64,000 nt of DNA, from positions 6,409 through 70,408 of the forward strand of contig CAZDED010000006.1 of NCBI GenBank assembly GCA_964504535.1, written 5' to 3'. Numbering within the stretch: the first letter of the stretch is position 1; each line of letters starts with the position of its first letter. Position numbers and translations under genes: made by a program. Source of the stretch: an uncultured Gammaproteobacteria bacterium (lineage in GTDB: Bacteria > Patescibacteriota > Microgenomatia > Levybacterales > GWA1-39-11). Shown piece after piece: positions 9,272 to 19,126 of the stretch. Under the pieces are notes generated by a model that did no database searches, was not told the DNA's origin, and saw only the letters and a program-made list of their open reading frames with translations.

Positions 9272-12051
9272 AATTAAAAATCCTATACCTCATTACTTTT
9301 GCGTTCCTATTTCCTTTGTTTTATTTAGCTACTAATGCTTTCATTTTTTTACCGGTAGATATTCTAAAAGGACTCCCTCTTTTTGGTCTTAAACCTTCCG
9401 GAATTCACAATTCACTCCTTGCCGATCCGGTTTTTCAGTTTGAACCATGGAGAATATTTATGAAGGAATCATTTCTTAATGGACATCTGCCTTTCTGGAA
9501 TGACCTAAATGGAAATGGAGTACCTTTCCTAGCAAATCCAATAACGTCAGTATTTTCTCCGCTAAACCTATTGTATGTTTTTCTGCCTTCTAAATTCTCT
9601 CTATTCATTATGGCAATAGTAAAAATTGGAATATTTTGTATTGGTGTTTATTTCTATTTACGAAAAGTTAGGATATCAAAAGAAATTGCACTGATGGGGA
9701 GTTTAATTTCTATCAGTGGGTATTTCATTCTTTGGTTGGATTGGCCGCAGACGAATGTTTATATGCTTTTCCCGTTCGTTTTATTGTTCGTAGAAAAGTT
9801 ATATGAAAAGATCTCGTTGTCAAACTTTACAATTTTTTCTTTGATATTCTTTTTGGCCTTCTTGGGTGGACATCCGGAAACGTATTTTCAGGTTGCGTTA
9901 GTAGGTTTTCTGTATGGCGTGATTAGATACCCAAGACGGTGGAAGAATCATGTATTTTATTGTCTTGTCGTACTTACCGGTACTCTTTTTGCCGGATTTC
10001 AACTGTTGCCATTTCTTGAGTATCTCTATCGTAGCAATGCACTCAACGCACGCAGCATCACACCTCACTCGGGACTACTTCTGGAAACTTTCATCTTCAA
10101 TTTCTTTCCCTATGTTTTTGGTGCACCACATTTAACGTTCTACAAACCATTTCCAGACACAAATTTTCAAGAAACGACCGGTGGGTATATGGGTATAATT
10201 TTTATTGTACTTATACTAAAGAAAGCAAATACCATCTTTAGTTCTTCACTTCAAAAGACCTGGTTGTTGTTATCAGTCATTTCTTTGCTGCTTGCATATT
10301 CGATACCGGTAATATCTGATATTATTAAATGCACTCCTCTTGGAATCAACGCAAATTCAAGGATGATCGCAACATTAGGATTTGGAATTTTTGTTCTAGG
10401 AATTTCTATACTGGACATTATGTATAGAGCCAAACCAAGGAACTACAGTAAGCTACGATTGCACATTCCTGTTTTGATAATTCTTTCACTTTGCTTGATA
10501 GCAATTCAAACCCAAGTGTCCGATTTTCTGCTTGCTGGTTTTGGTGAAACCAGATCAAATTTTATCCAAGTTCTTATTATATTTATTTCGCTATCCGTAG
10601 TAAGCACGTTCTGCTTCTTTCTGACGCTTCCATTAAGGGGGAAACTACAGAAATACCTATATGTATTTTTACTTACAGCATTTCTTGCAGTACAAACACT
10701 GCTACTTTTCGCGTCATACAATACCGTTGCGGAAAAGAAGTTTTACTATCCAAGCAATGAAGCTATTGAGGTTCTTAAAAAGAGTGGGTTGCCGATACTC
10801 AATGTGGGTAATGTAAATCTATCACCTGATATCAATATGGTTTATGGAATAAAAAGCGTTGAGAATTATGATGCAATGGATATTTTATCGTATAAAAAGT
10901 ATTTTGACCAAAATTTTCCGGATAAAAATAGATGGGGTAATGTTGATAGTGTAACGTTTGAGAGTCTAAAGAAGTTTGGTGTTGGAAGTGTGATATCGGA
11001 TTATGATATCAATAATGAAAAACTTTCTATTCAAAATAAGAGTAACTCGGTAATTCCATTGAATCAAAATACTACGGTTACAGTATATGGAAACGGCAAG
11101 CTGCTTCGTCAGATACGCTTTCTTCCTGCAACATACAACAGGAGTAATAACTGTTTGCTTTCGGTCTCAGTAGTCTCGAATGGGGAAGTTATTGGAAAGA
11201 CTAGTATTTCATGCAACCTATTATATAACGGAATGTTTTATACCATTGATGTGCATCCAAATATTCTTGTTACCGGAAAAAAATATCAAATCATTTTTTC
11301 AAAAACCGGAGATAATATCGCTCTTTTTGGAGAAAAAAATGTACCTTTCTTAGATCTTCTTTTTGATTCCCCGGAAAAAAATTATGTAAAAATGTATAAA
11401 AAAGGTAGTGTTTCGGTCTTTAAAGTTCCCGGTTCAGAGGTAATTGAGACAAAAGCTGGTGTTAAAAATATCCGGTATTCAAGCGGGCGATTGTCATTTA
11501 GCGTAATAGCAAGAGAACCAACAAGTGTTCTTGTAAAAAAGACTTACTTTCCCGGATGGACGGTTACTGTGAACAAAAACAAAATAACATTTTTAGACAA
11601 CAGTCCATTTATGTCTTTTATGGTACCGAAGGGGGAATCAAATATAGTTTTACAGTATCAACCTACTATTTTTTATTTAGGATTGCTAGTTTCGGGTGGG
11701 ACATTCTTTATGCTTTTCATAGTAATGATAGTTTATGTATTTAGGAACATCCATAAATGGAGTAGGGCGGTTGTTTTTTTTAGATTTCTAACAACGAAAG
11801 CTCAGGGTAAATCAACGTCTTTTCATATTGGTATTCTTTCACTTGCCTTCTTAACATCAGTTAATTTCTTTCTTTTATTATGTTCGATATTACAGTTGAA
11901 ATTTACAATACCGGATACCACAGCAATCAATTGGTTGACAGTCAATAATTATCCGAAGCAGCAAGACATATTTTATTTTGCTGTAGGATTTCCATTTGTC
12001 ACAATTACATCAATTGTTATTTGGATAACAGTAATATGCAAAAAAAAATAA
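9268..12051 (+). CDS. YfhO-family-like large polytopic membrane protein (putative GT-C glycosyltransferase)
   Basis: The 927-aa protein has an N-terminal region of about 14 TM helices, a large extracytoplasmic C-terminal domain and a terminal TM segment. Its size and topology match the YfhO family. Confidence 0.5.
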   Translation: MKLKILYLITFAFLFPLFYLATNAFIFLPVDILKGLPLFGLKPSGIHNSLLADPVFQFEPWRIFMKESFLNGHLPFWNDLNGNGVPFLANPITSVFSPLNLLYVFLPSKFSLFIMAIVKIGIFCIGVYFYLRKVRISKEIALMGSLISISGYFILWLDWPQTNVYMLFPFVLLFVEKLYEKISLSNFTIFSLIFFLAFLGGHPETYFQVALVGFLYGVIRYPRRWKNHVFYCLVVLTGTLFAGFQLLPFLEYLYRSNALNARSITPHSGLLLETFIFNFFPYVFGAPHLTFYKPFPDTNFQETTGGYMGIIFIVLILKKANTIFSSSLQKTWLLLSVISLLLAYSIPVISDIIKCTPLGINANSRMIATLGFGIFVLGISILDIMYRAKPRNYSKLRLHIPVLIILSLCLIAIQTQVSDFLLAGFGETRSNFIQVLIIFISLSVVSTFCFFLTLPLRGKLQKYLYVFLLTAFLAVQTLLLFASYNTVAEKKFYYPSNEAIEVLKKSGLPILNVGNVNLSPDINMVYGIKSVENYDAMDILSYKKYFDQNFPDKNRWGNVDSVTFESLKKFGVGSVISDYDINNEKLSIQNKSNSVIPLNQNTTVTVYGNGKLLRQIRFLPATYNRSNNCLLSVSVVSNGEVIGKTSISCNLLYNGMFYTIDVHPNILVTGKKYQIIFSKTGDNIALFGEKNVPFLDLLFDSPEKNYVKMYKKGSVSVFKVPGSEVIETKAGVKNIRYSSGRLSFSVIAREPTSVLVKKTYFPGWTVTVNKNKITFLDNSPFMSFMVPKGESNIVLQYQPTIFYLGLLVSGGTFFMLFIVMIVYVFRNIHKWSRAVVFFRFLTTKAQGKSTSFHIGILSLAFLTSVNFFLLLCSILQLKFTIPDTTAINWLTVNNYPKQQDIFYFAVGFPFVTITSIVIWITVICKKK

Positions 12052-13586
12052 TACCCATACTTTTCATTATCTTTTTCTCATTGCTTCTTGGGACATCCAC
12101 TTCCGGCAATTTTTTTAGTGGTGATATCAACATGATTGATGAAGGTCAGTTTTCGGCTTGGGCTAACCACATGATTCATGGAAAGCTTCTTTTCAAAGAT
12201 ATATATATAACATATGGACCTTTAAGCGTTTATCCTCTTTTTTGGTTATTCCAAATATTTGGAGCTTCTGCATTTCTTGTAAGACTATATTTAACACTCG
12301 GCGGGACACTAGGGATTATTGCAACATTTTTATTGATGCAAGAGTTAAAAATAAAGAAATGGATAACAACCATTTTTCTTGGAGTGTTTTTATTGATTCC
12401 TGCATTCAATTTGCGTGAGAGTGTTGGGTTATGGGCGCTCTACTTCCTCGTACTGTCGATTCGCAATAAATCAATAAAAATAAGTTTTTTGGCTGGCATA
12501 GTTGCAGCTCTTTCCTATCTCGTAAGTCCGGATTTTGGACTGTTTATAATCCTTGTCTCAACGTTTCATTATTCGGTATTTCTGTTGACATCTCAAAAAG
12601 TAAAAGTTGATGTAATAATTTTTGGTGGGAACGTTCTCGGTTTTTTAACAGTTATTTCCTCTTTCCTTTTTTGGGCATTTGGTCAACAGTGGTTGAATGA
12701 ATATGTTTTAGGAACAGTTGATATCATAACCTCAATTTCAGGAATCAATGTTCCTAATGGTGTTAACTTCCCATCACCTCTTTCGGTTCTATCAATAGGT
12801 GATTTCGGTATGTTTGGTAAGTTTTTAATTGGCCACGAGATGCTTCTTTATTGGAGTATATGTATATATTTTGCTGCAGTATTTTATATAATTGTCAAAT
12901 TTATTCAGAGAAGACTTGGAAAAGAAGATTATGTTTTTGTGCTTATATCCTTTTTTGGACTTCTAGTCTATACAATTTTACTTACGCGACATGGGGCAGG
13001 TCACTATTTCTATACGCTACCGGCAAATCTGATAGTTTGTGCGTATTTTCTCAATGCGTTATTAAATGTAAAAAAGAAAGAAAAAGTAATTTATATTTTC
13101 ATGTTTCTTATAGTTCTGTACCTGATAAGAATTTTATATCTAAACAATCCAATGATTAGATTCTCCCTAAATATTCCTTCGTATATTTCACCACATTTTG
13201 GGAGTCTTGATAGGGTAGGTTTGCTAAATATATCTTCAGCTCAGACGAGAAAGATTATTTTTTATCAGCAGTTCATCTCAAGTAATACAACAAATAAAGA
13301 CTACATTTTTCTTTTCAATGACACACCATCAGTTTATATGTTAGTTGACCGCGTCAATCCAACAAAATTTGACCTGCCATTTATTGGAAACCGGTTGGAG
13401 AAACGAATGGATATTTTGCGTGACCTCACCAATAATAAGCCCAAATATGTCTTTATTGATAATGATGCATGGCCTGTTGATGGAATTTCTAATAAGGTGC
13501 GGTTGCCGGAAGTATATAAATTCATACAAGAGAATTATGTTCTCCTTGAGAAAAATGAAAACGTAGAAATATACAAATTAAAGTAA
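12021..13586 (+). CDS. polytopic membrane protein, GT-C-like glycosyltransferase
   Basis: It has multiple TM helices, and an acidic IDEGQF loop follows the first TM as in PMT/ArnT-type enzymes. The start may be the internal ATG at 12036. Confidence 0.5.
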   Translation: MDNSNMQKKIIPILFIIFFSLLLGTSTSGNFFSGDINMIDEGQFSAWANHMIHGKLLFKDIYITYGPLSVYPLFWLFQIFGASAFLVRLYLTLGGTLGIIATFLLMQELKIKKWITTIFLGVFLLIPAFNLRESVGLWALYFLVLSIRNKSIKISFLAGIVAALSYLVSPDFGLFIILVSTFHYSVFLLTSQKVKVDVIIFGGNVLGFLTVISSFLFWAFGQQWLNEYVLGTVDIITSISGINVPNGVNFPSPLSVLSIGDFGMFGKFLIGHEMLLYWSICIYFAAVFYIIVKFIQRRLGKEDYVFVLISFFGLLVYTILLTRHGAGHYFYTLPANLIVCAYFLNALLNVKKKEKVIYIFMFLIVLYLIRILYLNNPMIRFSLNIPSYISPHFGSLDRVGLLNISSAQTRKIIFYQQFISSNTTNKDYIFLFNDTPSVYMLVDRVNPTKFDLPFIGNRLEKRMDILRDLTNNKPKYVFIDNDAWPVDGISNKVRLPEVYKFIQENYVLLEKNENVEIYKLK

Positions 13587-14315
13587 CCCTCTGGGTATTG
13601 GAAGAGTAAAGAGCCTGTTTCGGAAAAGTGCTAATAAAAACCACGGTGTATAAGCTACAATTGATCTTCTCAGTTGAAAATTTGTTTTTCCATGCTGCCT
13701 GTCTTTCCAAACTGTCGGTATTTCAATGATCTTTGCTTTCAATAGATGCGCCTTAACGACTATCTCAAGAGTTACACTAAAACTGATAGTACTTTTAAGA
13801 TTCAATCTATCCAACATTTTCTTTGAATAGAGTTTATAGCTATTTGTGGGATCACTTGTTGGAATTCCCGTAAAAAACTTGAGCAAAAAGCCTGCTGCTT
13901 TTGGAAGTCCAACTTTAAAGGGAGCATCCAGTTCTTGTCTTCCTCCTTTTGTATATCTGGAGGGGCAGACAACGCCCTCTTTTTTACCAAGGAGTTTTAC
14001 CATTCTATCTACTTGGGAAAGATCATCACACAAATCAGCCATTGAGACCAATATTAGCGGGGATCTTGCTGATTGTATTCCTGTTCTTATTGCTCCTGAT
14101 GGACCTCTTTCAACCGTGTTAATAGTTGGGTAAAGATTTTTTAACTTTTTTTCAAATTTTTTAAGAACGGGAACAGTTGTGTCTTTTTTTGAATCGTATA
14201 CTACAATTATCTCGTGCTTGGTCTTAATGTTTTTTTTAATACTTTTAAGAGTTAGTGTTATATTTTCCGCTTCGTTATAGACAGGAATAACAATCGATAA
14301 CAATGGTAGTTTCAT
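13578..14315 (-). CDS. GT2 polyprenyl-phosphate glycosyltransferase (DPM1/GtrB/CsbB-like)
   Basis: The LSIVIPVYNEAENI motif and the DPM1-like size (245 aa) support this call. Its start overlaps the stop of the C-methyltransferase gene (ATGA). Confidence 0.75.
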   Translation of the reverse strand: MKLPLLSIVIPVYNEAENITLTLKSIKKNIKTKHEIIVVYDSKKDTTVPVLKKFEKKLKNLYPTINTVERGPSGAIRTGIQSARSPLILVSMADLCDDLSQVDRMVKLLGKKEGVVCPSRYTKGGRQELDAPFKVGLPKAAGFLLKFFTGIPTSDPTNSYKLYSKKMLDRLNLKSTISFSVTLEIVVKAHLLKAKIIEIPTVWKDRQHGKTNFQLRRSIVAYTPWFLLALFRNRLFTLPIPRGLL

Positions 14316-15580
14316 CTAACTATTCGTGGAGTTGGAAGAGGCACGATAAAGCTTCCTTTAAATCCTTTTTCCTTTAATTTAGGGATAAGTTCCCGGCTTA
14401 TATGCCACGATAATAATAAAGCATACTCTGGTTGGTCTGCAATTAATTTTTGTTCATCAAAAACAGGAATGAGAGTTCCGGGCATGTATTTGCCAACTTT
14501 TTGAGAACCCTTTGTTTCCAAAACGCACGGCATGATATCAGAATCCAGACCAACATAACTAATAAGCGTTGATCCACGCGCTGGTGCACCAATTCCATAG
14601 ATTGTTCCTCCCTTTTCTTTTATTTTATTAAGCAAGTTATAAAGCTTTAATTTGGACATAACAACCTTATCTTTAAAGTCTTCAAATTGCTTGACGCTTG
14701 TTACAACTTTCTTTTCAACGTTAAGCATTTCACGTACATTTTTGTTTATTTTATATTTCCCAGCTCTGGCTGCGTATACACGAATTGATCCACCGTGTGG
14801 TGGGATTTCCCGGGCATAAAATACTTCAAGCCCATGCATAGCCAAAAGGTATTTGAGACTGTGTAGAGAGTAATATCTGAGGTGCTCATGGTAGATTGTG
14901 TCATATTGAACCGTTTTTATTAAAGACAGGAGGTAGTGAGATTCAGAAATAAATACTCCATCTGTTGCTAATATTTTCTTTATGTTTTTGATGACTTCAT
15001 TTACATCCTCTATGTGGGCAAATACATTTGTAGCTGTGATGATTTTTGCTTTGCCATATTTTTTGATAACTTTATCCGCTACTTTTTCGGTGAAGTAATC
15101 AATAATCGTAGGAATTCCGTTTTGGATTGCAATTTTTCCAATTTCTTCAGGAGTGATTCCCAGAACTTTATTTTTATCTTTAAAATTATTCAGCAAATTA
15201 CCATCATTTGACCCGATATCAATCACAAGATCATTTTCTTTTAATGGAATTAAAGTATTTGTTTCATCAGCCAACTGTTTAAAATTGTCTCTTAAAACTT
15301 TTGTCGTACTGCTTGTGTATGGATATTCCGGAGGAAATAAAATGTTTGGATCTACAATAAGACCGAGCTGGACCAAGTGACATTTTTTGCAATAAAGCAT
15401 TTGAGCAGGATAGCTTGGTTGTTCTTGCGGAATTGTACCAACCTTAATGAGATTATTAACAGGGGGAAGATATCCAAGAAAAATTATAGAATGGAGTTTT
15501 TCATAACCGCAGCTTTGGCATCTGTCAACCACAACACTTTTTCCACTATTTATTGCTAATTTTGGTTTTAACTTATTCAT
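14312..15580 (-). CDS. SAM-dependent NDP-hexose C-methyltransferase (TylC3/NovU-like)
   Basis: An N-terminal zinc ribbon (CQSCGYEKL...PSYPAQMLYCKKCHLVQL) is followed by a class-I methyltransferase core (DIGSNDGNLL) and a C-terminal domain. This architecture is characteristic of sugar 3-C-methyltransferases. Confidence 0.7.
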   Translation of the reverse strand: MNKLKPKLAINSGKSVVVDRCQSCGYEKLHSIIFLGYLPPVNNLIKVGTIPQEQPSYPAQMLYCKKCHLVQLGLIVDPNILFPPEYPYTSSTTKVLRDNFKQLADETNTLIPLKENDLVIDIGSNDGNLLNNFKDKNKVLGITPEEIGKIAIQNGIPTIIDYFTEKVADKVIKKYGKAKIITATNVFAHIEDVNEVIKNIKKILATDGVFISESHYLLSLIKTVQYDTIYHEHLRYYSLHSLKYLLAMHGLEVFYAREIPPHGGSIRVYAARAGKYKINKNVREMLNVEKKVVTSVKQFEDFKDKVVMSKLKLYNLLNKIKEKGGTIYGIGAPARGSTLISYVGLDSDIMPCVLETKGSQKVGKYMPGTLIPVFDEQKLIADQPEYALLLSWHISRELIPKLKEKGFKGSFIVPLPTPRIVR

Positions 15581-16529
15581 CGTTTAGGTCTTTATTGTAA
15601 CATAAATATGTATTTTGCAAACCCTTTTCCAGAGAAGTTTTTGACCGGAATCCAAGCTTTCTAATTTTTGAAGTGTCTGGGCACCTTCTCATAACGCTGC
15701 CTTTTGGAAGAACAGTTTTTGTTACCTTGATATCAACTCCAGCAACTTTTGAGATATATGAAATTAATTGAAGAACGCTTATTTCTTCCTCTGTTCCGAT
15801 ATTGTATGTTTCGGAATTTACACCCTTATTCAGCAAGAGCGTTACGGCATCTACGAAATCGTCAATATATATAAAAGCTCTGGTATTTTTTCCATCACCC
15901 TGTATAGGAAGATTAACTTTCCCTGACTTACTCAGTTTTATAACTTTCTCGATGAGTTCTGGTATTACATGCTCATGTCCCATGTTTGGGCCATAGACAT
16001 TGTGAGGTCTAAAGATGACAACTCTTTTAAAAATCTTTTGACCCATATACAAACTCAAAAGTTCGCTTATTATTTTTCCAGCAGCATAGGAGTACCGGGG
16101 GTTATATGCATCAGGTATTAAAAATGGTACATTTTCAGGTGTTGGGATTTTTGGTGGGGTTTGATAAACTTCAGAGCTTGAAGCGAGAAAAAGCTCTGTT
16201 ACCTTTTTCTCTCGCGCTGCGTCAAGTACGTTCATCATGCCTTTGACACCAACTTCAAGAACGAGATCAGGATATTCGTAGAAGTATTTAGTCCCGTTAA
16301 TGTATGCAAGGTGAATTATTGAATCTATATTTTTACATGCATTAACAACATCTTCCTTTTTGCGGATATCCCCATCAAAGAGTTCAGTATTTTTATTTTT
16401 AGAAAGCTTGGTGCCTGAGCCCCGAAATCCATTATCAAAAACTCTTACGAAGTTCCCTTCTTCGATAAGTCTTTTAACAATTGCAGAACCAATAAAACCG
16501 GAACCGCCCGTTACTAAGTATCTTTTCAT
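15573..16529 (-). CDS. NAD-dependent sugar epimerase/dehydratase (extended SDR)
   Basis: The GGSGFIGS Rossmann motif and the YAAGK catalytic motif are present. An upstream TTTACT-17-TATAAT promoter sits 11 nt from the ATG. Confidence 0.75.
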   Translation of the reverse strand: MKRYLVTGGSGFIGSAIVKRLIEEGNFVRVFDNGFRGSGTKLSKNKNTELFDGDIRKKEDVVNACKNIDSIIHLAYINGTKYFYEYPDLVLEVGVKGMMNVLDAAREKKVTELFLASSSEVYQTPPKIPTPENVPFLIPDAYNPRYSYAAGKIISELLSLYMGQKIFKRVVIFRPHNVYGPNMGHEHVIPELIEKVIKLSKSGKVNLPIQGDGKNTRAFIYIDDFVDAVTLLLNKGVNSETYNIGTEEEISVLQLISYISKVAGVDIKVTKTVLPKGSVMRRCPDTSKIRKLGFRSKTSLEKGLQNTYLCYNKDLNDE

Positions 16530-16540
16530 TTTGTAAACAC

Positions 16541-16569
16541 ATTATATATAATTGACACATCTAAGTAAA
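16541..16569 (-). promoter_or_regulatory. putative promoter (TTTACT-17-TATAAT), 11 nt upstream of the SDR gene ATG (16529) in the divergent intergenic region
   Basis: The minus strand reads TTTACTtagatgtgtcaattataTATAATgtgtttacaaaATG. Confidence 0.45.
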
Positions 16570-16577
16570 TTCATTCG

Positions 16578-17456
16578 ATGAAATCAACAAAAATAATATT
16601 ATTCGGTTCGACCGGAATGGTAGGATCAAGAATTGTAGAGCTCCTTTCAGATACGCTGGAGATAGTAAAACCTTCAAGATCAGAGGTAGATCTCAATAAG
16701 GATTACCACATAGAAAAATTCCTCGATAAAAATAACGCCGATTACATCGTGTATGCTGCTGGAGTGACAAGACAGGATCAAGCTGAGGAAGAAAAAGATT
16801 TGGCGTTACGTCTGAATGCTACCGTACCAAATGTGATTGCTAATGCAGCAAGTAAAAATTCAATACCACTCATTTACTTTTCGACGGATGCTGTTTTTGA
16901 TGGAAATAAATCAGACAGTCCATATAGAGAAGATGATCTTATAAGCCCGGTCAACTACTATGGTTTAACAAAAGCTTATGGGGAGGAATCAGTTCTTGCT
17001 ACGAGCAGCCGGAATTTAGTGATTAGATTGATTTCGGTGTATTCTGGCAGCTACGAAAGGAAGATAGATTTTGCAAGAAGAGCGCTTGTAACGCTTTTGA
17101 AGAACGAGCATTATGAAGGAATCACGGATCTATTTTTCAATCCTACCTATTGTGACGATGCTGTAAATAGTCTAAATTGTGCAATCGCAAAAAAAGCATC
17201 AGGGATTTTTCATATTGGTTCTTATGATGCTATCTCAAATTATGAATTCATGGTTCTTTTAGCTGAAAGTTTTTCAATAAAGAAAAACCTGGTCAAGCCC
17301 GTAACTTTTAAAAACTTCTTTGCAAATAGTAAAGCTCAAAGAGGCCAATTTACCTGGCTCGATACTTCAAAAGCACGGAGACTGTTTGGTGAAAACGTGA
17401 TTAGTACGAATGCTTTCAATTTGAGTAGGTTCAGGGAGGAATTTAATTCTCGGTGA
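16578..17456 (+). CDS. RmlD-like NDP-4-keto-sugar reductase (SDR)
   Basis: The GSTGMVGS glycine motif, the YGLTKAYGE catalytic YxxxK and the 292-aa size are typical of dTDP-4-dehydrorhamnose reductase-like proteins. Confidence 0.6.
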   Translation: MKSTKIILFGSTGMVGSRIVELLSDTLEIVKPSRSEVDLNKDYHIEKFLDKNNADYIVYAAGVTRQDQAEEEKDLALRLNATVPNVIANAASKNSIPLIYFSTDAVFDGNKSDSPYREDDLISPVNYYGLTKAYGEESVLATSSRNLVIRLISVYSGSYERKIDFARRALVTLLKNEHYEGITDLFFNPTYCDDAVNSLNCAIAKKASGIFHIGSYDAISNYEFMVLLAESFSIKKNLVKPVTFKNFFANSKAQRGQFTWLDTSKARRLFGENVISTNAFNLSRFREEFNSR

Positions 17457-17468
17457 TATAATGTACCG

Positions 17469-19001
17469 ATGGTAGGTCTTATTAAGAAACATTATCTTTT
17501 CTACTCTTTACTTTTTTTCATAGGCATAGTTTCCCGTTTCCCTTTTCTTGAGAAAGCACAGTCTCACTGGGACGGGCCGGATTATACAATTGGAATACTG
17601 CATTATTCCTTCATTGAGAAAACCCCATCACCTCCTGGATATCCTTTGTACATAGCAATAGGTAAATTTTTCAATTTTTTTATCTCCGATCCTCATATGT
17701 CGATAGTACTTGTTAGTGTTCTCTTTGCGGGAGTAGGGGCGGTAGTTTTTTATCTTACAGGAAAATTAATGTTTGACAGGGTTGTTGGTCTTATTGCTAC
17801 AAGCATATTTCTTTCTGCGCCAACAATTTACTATTTTGGTGTCACTGCAAACCCATACGGGATCTTACCGGTTACATCGTCATTGGTAGCTTTAGTCGTA
17901 TTTCTGATATTGAAGAAAAAAAGAGATTATGGTTTTCTTTTAGCATTGGTGTTTTCTTTCGCAATCGGGATTAGACCACAAGATGCAATGTTTTTGACGC
18001 CACTTTATTTGCTGGGGTGTTTTTATCTTAAATCCAAGGAAAGAATAATAAGTATTGCCGCGCTAATATTTCTTACATTGTTTTGGTTTTTGCCGACAAC
18101 GGTTGTCGTAGGTGGAATAGGTCAGTACTTTTCATATGTCATTTCCTTTGCAAAAAATGACGCGGCACCAAATCTTTCATTACAAAGAATAATTCAAATT
18201 TTGCCCATCATTATTAAGGGTGTTTATCTTACATGTGGACTGGCAAGTATATTTCTGTTTGTGATATTAAAATACATAAAGAATGTCGTTTATCCAAGCG
18301 AACTTCTGGGTAAAAATATAAAACCATATTTTCTCGTCTACTCCTTTTGGATTACACCATCTTTACTATTCAATCTCTTTATAAGAAGTGATCATGCAGC
18401 TCATCAGATGGCATATTTATCTGCATTTATACTACTTGTAAGTTATTTTCTTAAAAAAACGTTTCGGAAGAAAACTATTGTTGTCGTGCTGGTTGTAGTT
18501 GTGGTAAATCTCATTACTTTTTTTCGTGACCGTGATCCACAGCGTGTTAAACCTTACGTTTCGCAATCATTTCACTATTCTGAAATAACAAAAAATAACC
18601 TTCGCATGCATGCGTTTGAAGATTTTATTGTCAATAAGTACCAACCTTATGAAACACTAATGGTTGTAGATCCGGAGATTTTTAGATCTGTTTCCTACCA
18701 TTTAAAGAGTTTTCGTGTCTATTCCTTTGGTGCTATTGATACTAACAATATACCTCATGCAAATATTGTGCACGCATCTTTTGATTGGCATTACATAAAA
18801 ACTATTAAGACAGTTCATGAGTTCATAATTCCAAACGGAACTCACTATATTCTTTTTTATAATAATAACAAACCAATTGTTTTTGAAAAGCTTGATGTTA
18901 GATCACTCCTTTTATCAGGAAATCAGAAAGTATACATATTGCAGGTGCAAGGAAAAAAAACGCTTCGGCTTTCGAAAGGACAAATTAGCGCTTTGGATTA
19001 A
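17469..19001 (+). CDS. GT-C-type membrane glycosyltransferase (DUF2723/TMEM260-like)
   Basis: It has about 11 TM helices and a PPGYPLY motif after the first TM, resembling the DUF2723 and PMT families. Confidence 0.5.
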   Translation: MVGLIKKHYLFYSLLFFIGIVSRFPFLEKAQSHWDGPDYTIGILHYSFIEKTPSPPGYPLYIAIGKFFNFFISDPHMSIVLVSVLFAGVGAVVFYLTGKLMFDRVVGLIATSIFLSAPTIYYFGVTANPYGILPVTSSLVALVVFLILKKKRDYGFLLALVFSFAIGIRPQDAMFLTPLYLLGCFYLKSKERIISIAALIFLTLFWFLPTTVVVGGIGQYFSYVISFAKNDAAPNLSLQRIIQILPIIIKGVYLTCGLASIFLFVILKYIKNVVYPSELLGKNIKPYFLVYSFWITPSLLFNLFIRSDHAAHQMAYLSAFILLVSYFLKKTFRKKTIVVVLVVVVVNLITFFRDRDPQRVKPYVSQSFHYSEITKNNLRMHAFEDFIVNKYQPYETLMVVDPEIFRSVSYHLKSFRVYSFGAIDTNNIPHANIVHASFDWHYIKTIKTVHEFIIPNGTHYILFYNNNKPIVFEKLDVRSLLLSGNQKVYILQVQGKKTLRLSKGQISALD

Positions 19002-19007
19002 TGTGCA

Positions 19008-19095
19008 ATATTTGGCAGCATAAATAACCAAATTAGCAATTATAATTATGCTATATTTGGCATCTTAAATAACCAAATAAGCAATTTTGATTATG
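19008..19095 (+). repeat. two tandem 43-nt direct repeats (period 45 nt), each containing an ATTTGG-N12-CCAAAT dyad, upstream of a TATAAT box and the nucleotide-sugar dehydrogenase gene
   Basis: Copy 1 spans 19008-19050 and copy 2 spans 19053-19095, with 38/43 identical positions. A TATAAT box lies at 19099-19104 and the ATG at 19127. Confidence 0.7.
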
Positions 19096-19126
19096 TGCTA
19101 TAATCTTTTGATTCTATCTTTTTTCT

